Below are positions 21,405-30,565 of a stretch of 64,000 nucleotides of DNA, in pieces. The stretch comes from Candidatus Binatia bacterium (GTDB lineage: Bacteria; Desulfobacterota; Binatia; Bin18). The stretch is from NCBI GenBank assembly GCA_963666315.2, contig CAXXHG010000043.1, positions 544,001 through 608,000 on the forward strand, read 5' to 3'. The position numbers were made by a program, and so were the translations under genes. Within the stretch, counting starts at the first letter, position 1; each line of letters opens with the position of its first letter. The notes under the pieces are model-generated. The model made no database searches. It was not told the DNA's origin and was given only the letters and a program-made list of their open reading frames with translations.

Positions 21405-22688
21405 TTAATGCAGCTCTTCCGGATTTACCTTCAGCTGTTCGCCTTTCTGCTCGGATGACAGAGAGGCATACAACTGATCAAAGTCGGCTAATCGGGCCTC
21501 GATAAGCAACGGCTGCCGCACCTGATCCAGCACGGCCTCAATAGTTTTATACCCATTGCCCGTAATACAAATCACAATGGACTCATCCCGAGGAATGCGG
21601 CCTTGCTCAATAAGTTTTTTCGTCACGGCAACAGTCGTACCGCCAGCCGGTTCCGTAAAAATTCCCTCAGTCTGGGCAAGCAGTTGGATGCCTTCGATGA
21701 TCTCGGCGTCCGTCGCCGCTTCTCCCCAGCCACCTGAGTCACGCACGGCGCGCAGAACGTAATATCCATCGGCGGGGTTGCCTATCGCAATCGACTTGGC
21801 AATCGTCTTGGGCTTCACCGGGACAATCAGGTCGGTCTCATTGTGCAAGGCCTGTATAACCGGCGCACATCCTGCGGCCTGGGCGGTATAAATTTTCGGC
21901 CGCGGACCACTCTCCATCAATCCAACCTGCTGGAGTTCTTCAAAGGCTTGGGCGACTTTGGGCAGAATCGTGCCACCCGCGGTGGGAACAACGACATGCT
22001 GGGGAAACCGCCAGTCCAGCTGTTCAACAATTTCAAACCCGTAGGTCTTCGCGCCTTCCGTGTAATACGGCCGGAGATTGATATTGGCAAACGCCCAGCC
22101 ATATTTGTCAGCGATCTCGCTGCACAAACGGTTGACATCGTCGTAGTTTCCCCGGATCGCAACCGTACACGGACCATAGATCGTTGTGCCTACAACTTTT
22201 CCTTGTTCGAGATCGGCCGGAATAAAGATGAAACAGCGCAGTCCGGCGCGCGCCGCATGGGCCGAGACCGAGTTGGCTAAATTCCCGGTGGAAGCACAGG
22301 AGACGGTCTCAAAGCCAAACTCGATAGCCTTTGAAATCGCAATCGAGACGACCCGGTCCTTATAGGAAAAGGTAGGATGATTGACCGAATCGTCCTTCAC
22401 ATAGAGTTCTTTTACCCCTAAATGGGCAGCCAGACGATCTGCTTTGACGAGCGGAGTAAAGCCACTATGGAGGCCGACCTGCGGCTCTCCAGCGACCGGG
22501 AGTAGTTCTCGATAACGCCACAGCGAGGCGGGGCGCGAGGCGATAATCTCTCGCGAGAGCTGCTGCCGAATACTGGCGTAGTCATATTGAACCTCGAGCG
22601 GTCCAAAACACATCTCACAGACGTGGAGCGGGCTCAGGGGGTAGGCGTGTCCACACTCGCGGCAGGTCAGACCGGTAATTGTGTCCAT
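21405..22688 (-). CDS. thrC: Threonine synthase-like PLP enzyme
   Basis: N-terminal CxxC...CxxC zinc ribbon, PTFSYKDR, CASTGNLANS, EPAGG, ITGNGYK; GAGG RBS before ATG 22688. Confidence 0.85.
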   Translation of the reverse strand: MDTITGLTCRECGHAYPLSPLHVCEMCFGPLEVQYDYASIRQQLSREIIASRPASLWRYRELLPVAGEPQVGLHSGFTPLVKADRLAAHLGVKELYVKDDSVNHPTFSYKDRVVSIAISKAIEFGFETVSCASTGNLANSVSAHAARAGLRCFIFIPADLEQGKVVGTTIYGPCTVAIRGNYDDVNRLCSEIADKYGWAFANINLRPYYTEGAKTYGFEIVEQLDWRFPQHVVVPTAGGTILPKVAQAFEELQQVGLMESGPRPKIYTAQAAGCAPVIQALHNETDLIVPVKPKTIAKSIAIGNPADGYYVLRAVRDSGGWGEAATDAEIIEGIQLLAQTEGIFTEPAGGTTVAVTKKLIEQGRIPRDESIVICITGNGYKTIEAVLDQVRQPLLIEARLADFDQLYASLSSEQKGEQLKVNPEELH

Positions 22689-22717
22689 TTCGTATTCCTC
22701 TCGTATCTCATCATTGC

Positions 22718-23479
22718 TTATTGTCCCGCGACAGCCATTGCTTGTCGCGCCTGTGGCTGCAGAGTCGTAATAGTCGGCCTCGTTCCGCACAGGGGACAGC
22801 GGGGGCTGCGGCGGACGCGTACCTCTCGCCAGCGCAACGCCAATGCGTCATATGTCAAAAGGCGGTCGGTGAGGAGTTCCTCTCCCCCGCGTAAATATTT
22901 TACTGCTTCATTGGCCTGCACTATACCCAGGCTGCCCGCTACGCTGCCGAGGATGCCTGCTTCTTGACAGGTTGGAATTTCATCCGGATCAGGTGGGACT
23001 GGAAAAAGGCAGCGTAAGCAGGTCGTGCGCTCGGGTAAGACGGTTAATGTCTGCCCATGGAATTGTACGATCCCGGCATACGAAAACGGCTTTTTCAGCA
23101 GTACTGCTCCATCATTAATAAGAAACTTCGTTTCTAGGCCATCCGTCCCGTCGATGATAAAATCATACTCAGCGAAAAGGCCGGCCAAATTATTCGCGCT
23201 CAAACGCTGTACATAAGGAACCACAGTGATTGCAGCATTCATACGCTGCAGTTTCTCTTGAGCGGAGCGCACCTTGGGTCGGCCAAGATCGGGAGTAAAG
23301 TGTAAGATCTGGCGTTGCAGGTTCGACAGTTCAACCGTGCCCGGGTCTACTAAACCTATTGTCCCAACGCCGGCCAAGGCCAGTGCGAGCGCGGCGGGAG
23401 AACCAAGCCCACCAACACCAACGACTAAGACCTTGCCGTCCCGAACGCGAGCGTGCCTAGCGCGTTCGACCCTTTCCAT
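22718..23479 (-). CDS. moeB: MoeB/ThiF family adenylyltransferase (E1-like), N-terminally short
   Basis: VVGVGGLG, VELSNLQRQ, IIDGTD, CLRC, TCQEAG, CPLC. AAAGGA RBS and an upstream in-frame TAG show there is no RYSRQ N-terminal helix. Confidence 0.9.
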   Translation of the reverse strand: MERVERARHARVRDGKVLVVGVGGLGSPAALALALAGVGTIGLVDPGTVELSNLQRQILHFTPDLGRPKVRSAQEKLQRMNAAITVVPYVQRLSANNLAGLFAEYDFIIDGTDGLETKFLINDGAVLLKKPFSYAGIVQFHGQTLTVLPERTTCLRCLFPVPPDPDEIPTCQEAGILGSVAGSLGIVQANEAVKYLRGGEELLTDRLLTYDALALRWREVRVRRSPRCPLCGTRPTITTLQPQARQAMAVAGQ

Positions 23480-23521
23480 ACCAGATCCTTTCGTGGCTGG
23501 TCGTGACTAACGGCGGAAAGC

Positions 23522-23552
23522 AAAAAGCCCCTTCCCGATAAGAAAGAGGCTG
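23522..23552 (-). terminator. Intrinsic terminator, expression platform of the SAM-I riboswitch
   Basis: agcctctttc-ttatc-gggaaggggct followed by tttt; its cttatc can alternatively pair with the P1 3' strand gataag (antiterminator). Confidence 0.8.
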
Positions 23553-23567
23553 ATGAACTCAGATCAC

Positions 23568-23690
23568 TCTCCTTATCTCTCCCTCTCATGTGAGGGTGGG
23601 AATTAGCACCATATTTGTCTCTTCTTGGGAAGGGACAAAAGGTTGCTGTGGCGTCACTGGGCCAGTCCCTCAGCCACTCTCGATAAGGTT
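23568..23690 (-). ncRNA. SAM-I riboswitch (S-box)
   Basis: cttatcgagag-tggctgagggactggcccagtgacgcca-cagcaacc...ggtgctaattcc...gagagataag matches the S-box P1-P4 consensus. Confidence 0.93.
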
Positions 23691-23742
23691 CTATATATCG
23701 CCTGAATAGTCCTGTGTATTCCTCCACATAGGAATTTCTGTG

Positions 23743-23771
23743 AAGCTACCGAATACTCCCTAAGGTGTCAA
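23743..23771 (-). promoter_or_regulatory. Sigma70-type promoter of the sulfur operon
   Basis: TTGACA-N17-TAGCTT ~50 nt upstream of the riboswitch; a downstream palindrome attcct-N6-aggaat (23718-23735) may be an Rrf2/CymR-type operator. Confidence 0.6.
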
Positions 23772-23807
23772 TATATCTTTGTTATTCCGGCTACTCTGAC
23801 ATGAAGG

Positions 23808-25241
23808 CTATTCGTCCTCGAACTCGAAGTCGATGCTATCAATATCGATGTCAAGAACTGCGTCCCGCGCCGCTCTAATTTCAGCGCCGCGCTCTATCTT
23901 TATCCGGACAACGGAAGCATCTGTATCTACGGGAACAATCTCATCAACTGCCGCCATTTCCTCACGAGCTCCTTCGCGAGGGCCAGCATCATCCAGGGAT
24001 TCAACCGTTGCGCTCACTTCACGTCCTTCTTCCAGAGTCTCAGCCAGCTCCCTAGCGGTTTCAGGCTCTGGGACGACGCTGTCTGTCGTATTTGAGTCTG
24101 CACCGTCTTCTTCAGCGCTCAGAACGCCGGCTGCTTCGAGTGCTGCGACGTCCCCGTCAAGTTCGAAGTCCTCATCGTCCACCGTTAATTCCTCTTCCAG
24201 GTCGGCGGCAAAGCCAGTATCAAGTTCCAGCGCGTCGCTGTCACTCATCTCAAATTCATCACTATCCTCACCATCCTCGTCGCGCTCAATCTCTTCCCGA
24301 TAGTCCTCATCGACTTCGAATGATCTTTCTTCGTCTTCAAATTCCGCATCTAACGCCCGCTCTTCTTGTTCAGCCGCTTTCTCTGCAGCAAACTTCTCCG
24401 TATCTGCCTCAGTACGTGCGAGGCGTGCCGCGTCTTCCTGTTTTTTCAATTCAGAAACAAGTAGCAGTAAAGGGTCGACTCCGGACACCAGGAGTCCACC
24501 CAATTCCGATGCTGCGGCGTCCGGCTCGTCAGCCTGTGGTTCATCACCTGCTGCCTGGCGCGCGGCTTGCGCTCGTACGGCCAGGTCAGCCAGATCGACA
24601 TGTCCTTCGTGATTGAGAATTCTTCCGAGTCGGCCTAAAGCGTCAACAGCTGCGTCCGTCTCGGAATACCGCTCAACAAGGGTCCGGAGTCGTGCCTTGG
24701 TGGCCACTTTATTCCCCAGCTTTTCGTTAAAATCCGCGACATACAGTTCATGATTGGCCATGACATCGCGCGCGGCTTTGCTCTTTTCTTCCGCTTGCAG
24801 GACAAAAGCGCTGTCCGGATAGCGGTCTATCACTTGTTGGAAGAATCCGTCCGCCTTGCGCGTGACCGCCTGATCACGATCCGGGGTACGGATCTGCTCA
24901 TAGTTCGCCATGCCGAGAAAATACTTCACAAACGGCATGTGCTGACTGGTTGGAAAGGCGCGTTCAAAGTCTCGGAGTGTGGTTATGGCCTCAGCGTAAT
25001 TTTCTTCAAGGAAGTGTCCATAGGCCGCTTTGAGCTCGGCTTCCTCAGCGTAGGGATTCAGCGGGTACTGCTCGAGCAGTTCCTGGTACTTCTCGGAGGC
25101 GAGCAAATAATCCTCGTCTTCAAAGGCCTCGGCTGCCTCTTGATAATACTCTTTTGCTGAGGGTCGTTTGAGAGTCGCCGAGCACCCAACAACACCCACC
25201 AAAACGATGCTCAGGAGAAAGACCCCAATTCGTTCAGACAT
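23808..25241 (-). CDS. bamD: Outer membrane protein assembly factor BamD with long acidic C-terminal extension
   Basis: Lipobox VVGC; TPR repeats YQELLEQYP, RTPDRDQ, RYPDS, MANHELYVADF; ~200 aa Asp/Glu-rich tail. Confidence 0.85.
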   Translation of the reverse strand: MSERIGVFLLSIVLVGVVGCSATLKRPSAKEYYQEAAEAFEDEDYLLASEKYQELLEQYPLNPYAEEAELKAAYGHFLEENYAEAITTLRDFERAFPTSQHMPFVKYFLGMANYEQIRTPDRDQAVTRKADGFFQQVIDRYPDSAFVLQAEEKSKAARDVMANHELYVADFNEKLGNKVATKARLRTLVERYSETDAAVDALGRLGRILNHEGHVDLADLAVRAQAARQAAGDEPQADEPDAAASELGGLLVSGVDPLLLLVSELKKQEDAARLARTEADTEKFAAEKAAEQEERALDAEFEDEERSFEVDEDYREEIERDEDGEDSDEFEMSDSDALELDTGFAADLEEELTVDDEDFELDGDVAALEAAGVLSAEEDGADSNTTDSVVPEPETARELAETLEEGREVSATVESLDDAGPREGAREEMAAVDEIVPVDTDASVVRIKIERGAEIRAARDAVLDIDIDSIDFEFEDE

Positions 25242-25302
25242 AGCCCTGCACGCTAGAGGATTTCCCCCAGGGTTTCAATGTACCCAACCGCCCTGGGGTT
25301 CT

Positions 25303-26973
25303 TTAAGGAGGAAAGGTCTTCCAATCCAGCCACAGACGTCCGTCTCGATAGATACGTCCGGCAGGAGCGAGGCCGGTCGAATCGTCCTGAATTGCTGTGT
25401 GGACGTTGACCGTAGAGGCAAGAAGCGGATCACGGCCCAGGACAAAGCTCTGCTCACGGACGAGCACTATAGCGGCCTTATTCAGCAGGCGTGCGCGCTT
25501 GCGCGACGGCACAATCAGAAAAGCGATGTCTCGATCCCCACCCGGAGCCGCACGTCGAACCTGAGCCGTATCGAGCTTCCCTTCCCTTCCATCCTTTCCA
25601 TACTGAAAAAAACGTTCCAGTACTTCGGTATTGGCTCGAAACCCATCTCCGCCTTGCACCCGCTGAAAATAGGTCAAAATCTCCGGCTCCTGATGTCCGG
25701 CTTGGGGAACATCCGGGATCCCGTGTACAGACTGGTGTCTCCAGCCGGCAATACCCGGAACTTTACGCGCAAAAGCAAACGTTTGGTCAACCGTCACACC
25801 CAGCGAGGTATGGCAGCCCATACAGAACAAATGCTCTTCTTCAGTTTGCAGCCGTAGTTGACCGGCTGCATCCTCAATAAATCCTTGAAACTGCCAGCCA
25901 AAGACATTCCGCAAACCCACCAGGGGCGAGCCAGGAAAGAGCGGCGAGAGGCCCTCTTCTTTTTCGTCCCGCTCATGTTCATACGCCCGGAGCCGAGCCC
26001 AATCGTCAAGCCACTCGACTTTACGAGCGTAGCGGACTTCTTTCATCCGAGTGGATAGCAGAGAAGGAACATCCGTATCGATATAGCGTACCGTGTGTAA
26101 GAATTCCGTGCCTTGTGGATACAGATAGCGGTGGACTGCTATCTCTTGCGCCGCTCCAATATAGTGGGAGGGCAGTGTCCGGAGGTGCATAACAGCCGGC
26201 TGCATTATGCCATCTCCATCGAGGTCTTTCCCCGCTAGCTTCTCATTGAGCGGCTCGACTTCACGATCAATATCTTTCATCAAGGGATCAACGGCTATCG
26301 CCGCCTCAAGAATGGCCAGATTGAGTTTATAAATCGGACGTGATTGTCGACCGTACGTATCGGTCTGAAACGTACGTGGCAGGCGAATCATCACGTCGTC
26401 CGTACTGCCGTTCGTTGGCCAAAAGGTGCCCGGAAACGGCTTATACCGAATCGCCCGCCACCCACTGCCGTCCCGAGCAAAGCCTTCCCCGTCAAAGCCT
26501 TGGCGAAAGTCGAGGTCGGGCACATAACCCGGATAGTCCTGCCGGTTGTCTAAGGCAGCCCGCAGCGGGGTATAGTTATCCGCTCGGATATAGTCCAGCG
26601 CTTCAGCGTCAGAAATGTTTTCGATAGCTGCACGCCGGTCAATAAAAAGGTTTTGCCAGCGATTGGTCCGAGAAAAATCGCTAAAAGTATAGGCTGCCTG
26701 GAGAGGCCAATCGGTGAAACGATTCTCGCCGAGCGGCTGGGTGTGACACGTCCAACACGGATTGGATATGCCCGCAGTCCGCGTATAGCACTGCGGCGGG
26801 ACGGTTGCTTGTGTGTTGACGGTCTTCCCAATGCTCGCGCGCGCAACTGCGAGGGGATCGTACGCGTGGCTGGCTGGATACGTTGTGGCATTGTCTGGAC
26901 CACGACGCAGGAGTGTGATGAGAGCGGCAACCAGTACACATCCAAGCACGGTAGGCAACAGAACTCTTTCCAT
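25303..26973 (-). CDS. Membrane-anchored hypothetical protein with two CxxCH heme-c motifs
   Basis: N-terminal hydrophobic anchor; PPQCYTRT, NPCWTCH and FCMGCH; start chosen after AAAAGAACAA. Confidence 0.7.
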   Translation of the reverse strand: MERVLLPTVLGCVLVAALITLLRRGPDNATTYPASHAYDPLAVARASIGKTVNTQATVPPQCYTRTAGISNPCWTCHTQPLGENRFTDWPLQAAYTFSDFSRTNRWQNLFIDRRAAIENISDAEALDYIRADNYTPLRAALDNRQDYPGYVPDLDFRQGFDGEGFARDGSGWRAIRYKPFPGTFWPTNGSTDDVMIRLPRTFQTDTYGRQSRPIYKLNLAILEAAIAVDPLMKDIDREVEPLNEKLAGKDLDGDGIMQPAVMHLRTLPSHYIGAAQEIAVHRYLYPQGTEFLHTVRYIDTDVPSLLSTRMKEVRYARKVEWLDDWARLRAYEHERDEKEEGLSPLFPGSPLVGLRNVFGWQFQGFIEDAAGQLRLQTEEEHLFCMGCHTSLGVTVDQTFAFARKVPGIAGWRHQSVHGIPDVPQAGHQEPEILTYFQRVQGGDGFRANTEVLERFFQYGKDGREGKLDTAQVRRAAPGGDRDIAFLIVPSRKRARLLNKAAIVLVREQSFVLGRDPLLASTVNVHTAIQDDSTGLAPAGRIYRDGRLWLDWKTFPP

Positions 26974-27044
26974 TTGTTCTTTTGACCGGAGTAAAAATAC
27001 GGTACAAGGAGGTATACTCATACACGAAAGCGAGTTACTGAGTC

Positions 27045-27356
27045 ATGCCATCTGCTGCGCTAAAAGTGAAGCACCCGTATGTGACGACAAAAAAAAGTGT
27101 CTGTCAGGGAAAGCCGACTGTTGTGGGGACTCGGATTCCCGTTTGGGCCATCGCAGGCTGGTATAAGAAAGGTTCTTCTGCAGAACAAATTCAACACAAC
27201 GTTTACCCAAGTCTTGGGTTAGCTGAGATTTATGATGCGCTGAGCTACTACCACGACCATAGAGAAGCAATTGACCACAAAGTAGAAGAAAATTCTCTCT
27301 CTTCCCGTGAGGTCAAAAAGCGGCAAGCCCGATGGCAGCAATCGCACTCTTCTTAG
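27045..27356 (+). CDS. DUF433 antitoxin
   Basis: VCQGKPTVVGTRIPV...YPSLGLAEIYDALSYYHDHREAID. Confidence 0.88.
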   Translation: MPSAALKVKHPYVTTKKSVCQGKPTVVGTRIPVWAIAGWYKKGSSAEQIQHNVYPSLGLAEIYDALSYYHDHREAIDHKVEENSLSSREVKKRQARWQQSHSS

Positions 27357-27673
27357 ACGAAGATGTACACGAAGATCTGGCTGCTGCGCTCAGTCGGAAA
27401 GGACTTGATGCTGTCAATGCGCACGAATGTGGCAGAAAGGGAGCAAAAGACGTAGAGCAATCAGCGTTTGCAGTGTCACAAAAGCGGGCGTTGATGACTT
27501 TTAACCTTGTCGACTTTGAGCTATTGGCAAACGAATAGTTCCAGCAGGGAAAACAATACTTCGGAATCATCGTATCGCCTCAGAGATCTCTACGAGAGAC
27601 ACTCCAACGTTTAGTCGACTTAGAAAGTCGATTTGTACGGGAATCTCTTATTGGGCAATTAGTGTATCTGTAA
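27332..27673 (+). pseudogene. DUF5615 PIN-like toxin with in-frame TAG
   Basis: LFLDEDV...D.EQ...RALMTFNLVDF, TAG at 27536-27538, then frame continues FQQGKQYFGIIVS...QLVYL*. Confidence 0.8.
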
Positions 27674-27710
27674 AGAGCTCTGCTCGCTGGTCTCAGCAAG
27701 AGAGCCGTTG

Positions 27711-27959
27711 TCAGCTCGCCTTCTTCGTGCGAGCCTGGATCTCCTCAATAGAGACCGATTCTCCCTCCACCTGCTCCACTAGTTCCTGTGGCTATCCGGC
27801 CAGGTCGATATAGCCCGACGCATGCTGAAAGGTAATTCCCACCAGCCGGTCGTCCTTGTCAAACTCCCCCCACGCATACGGGCCGAGGTCACAGGTTTCT
27901 TCTAGCCGAGAGGGTGAGAACTGAATATCGAGTAGGTCCGCGCCTTTATAGTATTTCAT
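27711..27959 (-). pseudogene. DUF2283-like antitoxin remnant
   Basis: MKYYKGADLLDIQFS, frameshift, ...GEFDKDDRLVGITFQHAS, in-frame TAG. Confidence 0.6.
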
Positions 27960-28113
27960 GCGCAAGGCGCATCCTCCTGTCTATTTTCCAAGGAGCATCC
28001 AGCGAGTGAAGCGTTAAAACAAGAATCGCGAGAGCGGGAAATTGACTTAGACCGGCTGATTTCTACTTACACCTTTGGACCGCAGCGAATAAAGAAGTAT
28101 GACCATTTGTTAT

Positions 28114-28142
28114 AAGAAAAGTCCCGCTCGTAAGAACGGGAC
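28114..28142 (-). terminator. Intrinsic terminator after the LLM oxidoreductase
   Basis: gtcccgttc-ttac-gagcgggac followed by ttttctt. Confidence 0.7.
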
Positions 28143-28170
28143 GGTAGTGAGCTTCCTGTGGATCTATCCC

Positions 28171-28198
28171 CACCCTAAGGTGGCCCCACCTTAGGGTG
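28171..28198. repeat. Perfect 13-bp inverted repeat (IS200/IS605-end or REP-like hairpin)
   Basis: caccctaaggtgg-cc-ccaccttagggtg. Confidence 0.5.
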
Positions 28199-28226
28199 AA
28201 TCTGGTGCGAGCAATCAAGCCGACGT

Positions 28227-29438
28227 CTATGGGCTGGAGTTGTCGAGCTTAGGCACTACGTCCCGAGCAAAGAGCTCCATCTCCCGGAGCACATCGTGCG
28301 TAGGCTGCTGCGCCCAGTGCCAAATCAAAACCAGATACTCCACTGGAAGGCGATCGAGCTGGCTTTGGAGTTGTTCGCAAACGTCGTCGGCCGTCCCACC
28401 TACGTATAACCCACAGTCGATCACTGCCTGGACCGGATCGGCCTTGACCTTAGCCACGTCAAAGGCTTTGGGGAAGAACTTAGAATAAAAATCCACGTAG
28501 ATGTCTACATCATTGCGGGCGATCGATTGCCGGTACTCTTCCCGCGAGTTCGTGATGTGGACCCAACGTACAAGCGCCTGCTTCTCGCCAAAGCGGATAT
28601 TATACCCAGCCCCTTGCGCCGCCTCCCAGCACGCCTGCCCATGCTCTGCCGCTTTGTCGATCGGCGCGAAGTAGCACGGGACGAATCCCTTGCGCCCACA
28701 ATACACCGCCGACTCCTTGCTCGCACTTGTTGCCACAAACACCGGCGGATGGGGCTGCGTGTACGGAGCCGGGACGACACTCACCTTGCGCACCTCGTTG
28801 TTCGGCCCAATTTCACCCAGCGCCCCGCTCTTGCGCGCCAGCTCAGAGGCCGGGTAGCCTTCCACGCCGGTCTCGTAGGGATAGGGAATTTTGAAAAACT
28901 TTCCATCATATGACACCGCCTCCTGCGTCCAACATTGCAGGACGATGTCCATCTTCTCTTCGAAAATCTGCCGGTTCAGTTCATCATCATCTGACTCGTC
29001 CGATAACGTCGCCTTCGCGCCATAGTGCTGTCCTAGAACATTCGCCCAGCGGGACTGATAGCCACGGGCAAACCCAGCAAAAAACCGTCCCTCCAGAATG
29101 TGGTCCAAAATCGCACACTCCTCCGCCACCCGTACCGGGTCCTGCGTGCTCATCACATACCCCAGCGCCCCCATCCGAATATTTTTTGTCAGCCCCGCCC
29201 ACCAGGCGTTTAGGACGCCGGGACTGGGCCCCACCTCATATCCTTCGGAGTGAAAGTGATGCTCAATCGTGCTGAAGCCCCAGTAGCCCAGCTTGTCTGC
29301 GGCCACTGCCAGCTTTGCCCAGTCTCGAATCACCGCCTGGTACCGCTCGCTGTTGCGCCCGATGGGACGGAGAGTTTCCCGCTCTTTCCCCTCCGCGGGA
29401 ATCACCGGGTAGAGTTGGATGATCGGCTTGATGCTCAT
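28227..29438 (-). CDS. LLM class flavin-dependent oxidoreductase
   Basis: IEHHFHSEG, DPVRVAEECAILDH, GFARGYQ, PYTQPHPP, MELFARDVVP; AGGAG RBS. Confidence 0.9.
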   Translation of the reverse strand: MSIKPIIQLYPVIPAEGKERETLRPIGRNSERYQAVIRDWAKLAVAADKLGYWGFSTIEHHFHSEGYEVGPSPGVLNAWWAGLTKNIRMGALGYVMSTQDPVRVAEECAILDHILEGRFFAGFARGYQSRWANVLGQHYGAKATLSDESDDDELNRQIFEEKMDIVLQCWTQEAVSYDGKFFKIPYPYETGVEGYPASELARKSGALGEIGPNNEVRKVSVVPAPYTQPHPPVFVATSASKESAVYCGRKGFVPCYFAPIDKAAEHGQACWEAAQGAGYNIRFGEKQALVRWVHITNSREEYRQSIARNDVDIYVDFYSKFFPKAFDVAKVKADPVQAVIDCGLYVGGTADDVCEQLQSQLDRLPVEYLVLIWHWAQQPTHDVLREMELFARDVVPKLDNSSP

Positions 29439-29555
29439 ACATTTCTCCTCTCTATGAGTTATTCAGGGCCAAATCGAACAAACGGGGAAAATGTTTCATA
29501 GGGATTGAGTCAAATCAGGAGAGGGGAGACGGGAATCTCGTCTAGCCGATTCTTC

Positions 29556-29660
29556 TCACACCGCCTTGACCTCTTGCAAATCATTGGTATCAAACCCTTC
29601 CGCAAACCAGCTATAGACCTCGTCTAACACGTGATGAGCTTCTTCCTGTCTATGGGTATC
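29556..29660 (-). pseudogene. C-terminal remnant of an adenylate-cyclase/AAA-TPR protein
   Basis: EAHHVLDEVYSWFAEGFDTNDLQEVKAV terminal motif without the rest of the gene. Confidence 0.6.
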
Positions 29661-29899
29661 AGAAAACCTCCGGAAGGCTATGCCGTCAAGAGGCGAAACA
29701 GCACTTTCGGTTTGTCTTGATGGAATCTCGTATCTTACCAATTTAAGCGGCGAAAGGAGATCACGATACGGCACGCCAACAAACTCCTTCCCCCCAAATC
29801 GGATTAACCAGCTCCCGCTCGTTGGCCTGCGAACGCCTCACCCTCAATATCTTCGGCTACTAGAAGTAGAGGGCGGCCTGTCTTAGCGACTTTTTCAAG

Positions 29900-30130
29900 T
29901 ATCAGAACTAGTTCCCCCCATAGCATGTGAAGCCCCGGCTTCTATCGCGCCGCCTGTTATGTCAGCGCTGCGCTGTATAGAAGACGGGAACCCTTTGACC
30001 GAGCTATATGTGAATCTCCTAGCCCGAGCGATTGACAAGGACCGCATCGGAGAAGCACACCCCGCCTTCGTTAAGATTATAGAACAACTCTCCCCGGATG
30101 AAGCCCTTATCATGTTAAAGTACGTGCTTT
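29900..30130 (+). pseudogene. Abi-alpha (DUF4393) family fragment
   Basis: [14 protein letters not shown]...ELYVNLLARAID...AHPAFVKIIEQLSPDEALI. Confidence 0.65.
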
Positions 30131-30203
30131 CTGTCCAACTTGCCCTGTTGCCCGTCTCACTCTGGAACACGATCGAGAATTGTGTTCCCGTCCTCTTGTT
30201 TCC

Positions 30204-30565
30204 TTACTTGCGGGGAGGCTTCGGAACCGTGCGTGAAGTCGGCATTCGTGAATCTATATCAGCCAGCCCCGACAAGATGATGGGGGCCGGTCGGGAAAGT
30301 CCGCGACCAAGCGGAGCTGGCCCCCCAGAGCTTCGACATAGCCGCGTAGCGTTGAAAGCAATAGATCCGTCCGTTTTTCCAACCGGGATACCCCCTCTTG
30401 TCCAATGCCCAGGGATTCCGCCATCCACTGTTGTGTGAGTTGATGGGCTTCGCGGAGATCCCGTAACGACATCTCTTCCGCAATTAACTCCGCCGCCAGG
30501 GCTGCCACGGCTTTCTGTTCATCCGCTGAGAGGCGGTTGATCATGTCTTTGAGTTGTACTGTCAT
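30204..30565 (-). pseudogene. XRE-family HTH antitoxin (HigA-like), C-terminal frameshift
   Basis: LRDLREAHQLTQ...LGIGQEGVSRLEKRTDLLLSTLRGYVEALGG; after DRPP the expected IILSGLAD tail lies in another frame. Confidence 0.75.

Noticed and set aside
18993-23479. Anti-phage ubiquitin-like conjugation system (Bil/CBASS Cap2 type)
   Set aside because: No E2, JAB or cyclase gene; the S-box and Cys/Met enzymes indicate sulfur transfer.
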